Source: an uncultured Leptospirales bacterium (GTDB lineage: Bacteria; Spirochaetota; UBA4802; UBA5550). From it: a stretch of 46,630 nucleotides of DNA. The translations under genes were made by a program, and so were the position numbers. Positions 44,645 through 46,630 of this stretch are shown in pieces. A model generated the notes under the pieces. That model did no database searches and was not told the origin of the DNA. It saw only the letters and a program-made list of their open reading frames with translations. The stretch's first letter is position 1. Each line of letters starts with the position of its first letter. The DNA is taken from NCBI GenBank assembly GCA_964529965.1, contig CAZHAD010000006.1, positions 615 to 47,244 on the forward strand. The letters are read 5' to 3'.

Positions 44645-45655
44645 TTATGAAGATTTTTTGCTTTTTTTGTTAACATAAAACGTATTATGTCGTTTCATCA
44701 CACGATGACGGCGGTTTCGAATCTTCATGTCTGGATTTGAATTTTTGTGCCCGAAAAAAAAGGCGAACGCCGAAATCAGCTTGAGCACGTCAACCAGCAT
44801 TGACACGCTCAATCTGACATCACCGTGGCTGATGAGCGGGGTGATGAGCAGGCGCAATTTTTTCCCCCTGAGGACCAGGCGGTTGTAAACCTTTATTGAT
44901 TCATCGAACGGTATAACCCGGTCGCCCGCACCGTGTATGAGCGACGGCGTCATTCGTTTACCGCTCTCGTAATCGGGATCATACCCTGATTTTTCCAGAT
45001 CGCCCATGCATCCCGCGAAATTATCCATCGCGTATCCGTCCCGCGGAAACACGCGCGATTCGCCGGTCGACAGATAGTGATCTCTCAGGTAGCGGTACAC
45101 CACCGCAATCTTTTTATTATCGCCGGTATTCATGCTTGAACAGCCGAACAGGTATCTCGCGTCGATTTTCTTCATGTATTCATAAATACCCATGAGGAGA
45201 AGCACGATCGTGACACCGTTCCGGTGCTCTTTCAGGATACATGCCCTCCCGAACTCCAGCTTGATGCCGTAGAGCATCATTATGTTCGATAGATCGAACT
45301 CATTTTCCGAATAAAACCTGTTGGCGTACATCGTGGAATTAAGCCGATAGGTGCCGACGATGAAATTCGTGCTTTTATCGATCAACACGAGGTGGTCCGA
45401 CACCGAGTCGAATTCATCGATATCGATTTCGACGGGGCCGGTTCTGTCGAGCAACTCCCTGCAAAATACCTCATACTTCAAGCGCAGCGCCTGAAAAAGC
45501 TCTCCACCGGTATCCACGGTCTTGATGATATACCCGTTTTTCTCGAAGTTCACCCTGACCTTGGCTTTATAATTTGATATTTTGCTGACCTGATTTACTG
45601 AGGAGATGCTGTCCGCGTGGGAATCGTGATTCTGCTCTTTTAATAAGGCTTGCAT
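44645..45655 (-). CDS. OlsB-like GNAT N-acyltransferase truncated and fused in-frame to an alpha/beta-hydrolase C-terminus; probable chimera or pseudogene
   Basis: ATG 45655 after AGGAGG; ALRLKYEVF, DIDEFD..SDHL, VGTYRL, FYSENEFD, LEFGRACI, YLFGCSS, PSLI; then LIHGAGDRVIPFDES...LITPLISHGD. Confidence 0.72.
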   Translation of the reverse strand: MQALLKEQNHDSHADSISSVNQVSKISNYKAKVRVNFEKNGYIIKTVDTGGELFQALRLKYEVFCRELLDRTGPVEIDIDEFDSVSDHLVLIDKSTNFIVGTYRLNSTMYANRFYSENEFDLSNIMMLYGIKLEFGRACILKEHRNGVTIVLLLMGIYEYMKKIDARYLFGCSSMNTGDNKKIAVVYRYLRDHYLSTGESRVFPRDGYAMDNFAGCMGDLEKSGYDPDYESGKRMTPSLIHGAGDRVIPFDESIKVYNRLVLRGKKLRLLITPLISHGDVRLSVSMLVDVLKLISAFAFFFGHKNSNPDMKIRNRRHRVMKRHNTFYVNKKSKKSS

Positions 45656-45893
45656 GGCGACCTCCTGTAGAATATGTGATGAAGAGTTCATGGAAAAAAA
45701 TTACAGTAGAAATCTGAAACAGGCGTGTTAGGATATTATGAGCATTCGGTGTGATAAATGTGAATAATACTTAGAATGTTGTTTCCGACGAATGAGCAAA
45801 TTGGAAATTATAATTGATTTTTAAACACCCTCCTGTTATTCTGCGCACCTTAAAAAAATCTTTGGTTGGCGTTCCCGGGCAAAAATATTTCAC

Positions 45894-46622
45894 ATGAAAA
45901 AAAAGATGCATACAGCGATTGTGGCGACGTTGATACTTTTAGTGCTCTGGCTGCCCGCCTCGGGAAATAAAAATACGGTCACCCCGGATGAATCCGCACG
46001 CATACTGAGCCTCATATTCAGCAAAAGCGTCGGTATTTACAAAAAATACATCGGAGTGGAGTCGGTCAGAAAAGAGATCCATCAGGAGTTCGATCCGGAG
46101 ACCAACGCCTTGAGAAGCACCTCGGAATTGACGGAATTCAGGAAGGATTACTTTTACGAAAAGCCGGAGGTAAAGGTCCTGTCGTTGACGACAAACGGGG
46201 AAAAAAAGAATCCCTCGAGCTTCCGCATCTGGAAGATGATGCCGATCTATCCCGTGTTCGACGGAAACAGCGGCGAGCACTACGAGCTGAAAGTCACGGA
46301 TAAACAAATCATAGATAAAAAGGAATGCTACAGGATACAGGTCACCCCAAAAGAAGAAACGTCGCGCCACTTCAAGGGGTACGTCTTTTGCACCGTAGAT
46401 ACGCTGGAGCCGGTGTATACAGAGGGAACGCTGGCGAAGCTCGATTTCCCTATAAGGGAGTTCCGGCTGGGGCTCAATACCAGGCTGCTGCAGGGGGTCC
46501 CGGTGGTTACTTCGGGCACGATACGGGTGAGGGTCAGGGTGCCGATATTTTTCCCCGACACCCTGATCGTAACGCGCATCACCGTACTGGAGAACAAGCC
46601 GATCCCGAAAAACGCGCCGTAG
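45894..46622 (+). CDS. Hypothetical exported protein, beta-rich, possibly LolA-like fold
   Basis: Signal peptide MKKKMHTAIVATLILLVLWLPASG; KECYRIQVTPK...FKGYVF..DTLEP resembles LolA-like beta proteins. Confidence 0.65.
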   Translation: MKKKMHTAIVATLILLVLWLPASGNKNTVTPDESARILSLIFSKSVGIYKKYIGVESVRKEIHQEFDPETNALRSTSELTEFRKDYFYEKPEVKVLSLTTNGEKKNPSSFRIWKMMPIYPVFDGNSGEHYELKVTDKQIIDKKECYRIQVTPKEETSRHFKGYVFCTVDTLEPVYTEGTLAKLDFPIREFRLGLNTRLLQGVPVVTSGTIRVRVRVPIFFPDTLIVTRITVLENKPIPKNAP

Positions 46623-46630
46623 AGACGCGA

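Noticed and set aside
45680-45710. Pho-box-like heptamers (CTGTAAT, TTTCCAT, TCTTCAT on the minus strand) upstream of the GNAT gene
   Set aside because: Spacing is 10 then 11 bp and matches are weak in AT-rich DNA; needs a PWM scan.

Overview
A 46.6-kb stretch of bacterial chromosome, mostly housekeeping and metabolic genes. Lipoprotein signal style and a pair of DUF1564-like paralogues suggest a free-living spirochaete (inference). Recognisable genes: carA, tupABC, tldD/pmbA, typA, holA, queF, mnmH/selU, thpR, tRNA-Arg(CCG), pyrK, tmk, sua5, a PlpD-like patatin/beta-barrel protein, a K+ channel and an alpha-glucosidase. I saw no prophage, CRISPR array or intact transposase. Most interesting: (i) a 1620-aa GH13 amylase-like/GT5 glycogen-synthase fusion at the end of a tightly packed queF-AAA ATPase-fusion run; (ii) an unannotated ~240-nt structured RNA candidate (640-877, minus strand) with its own sigma70-like promoter and strand-specific G.U pairs; (iii) a PHP-phosphoesterase/GT4 fusion next to an OlsB-like GNAT gene that appears to be a deletion chimera with an alpha/beta-hydrolase tail; (iv) two dispersed tandem ribbon-helix-helix-like paralogues sharing upstream motifs; (v) a REP-doublet and a MITE-like element. 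All family assignments come from motif recognition by eye; no searches were run.
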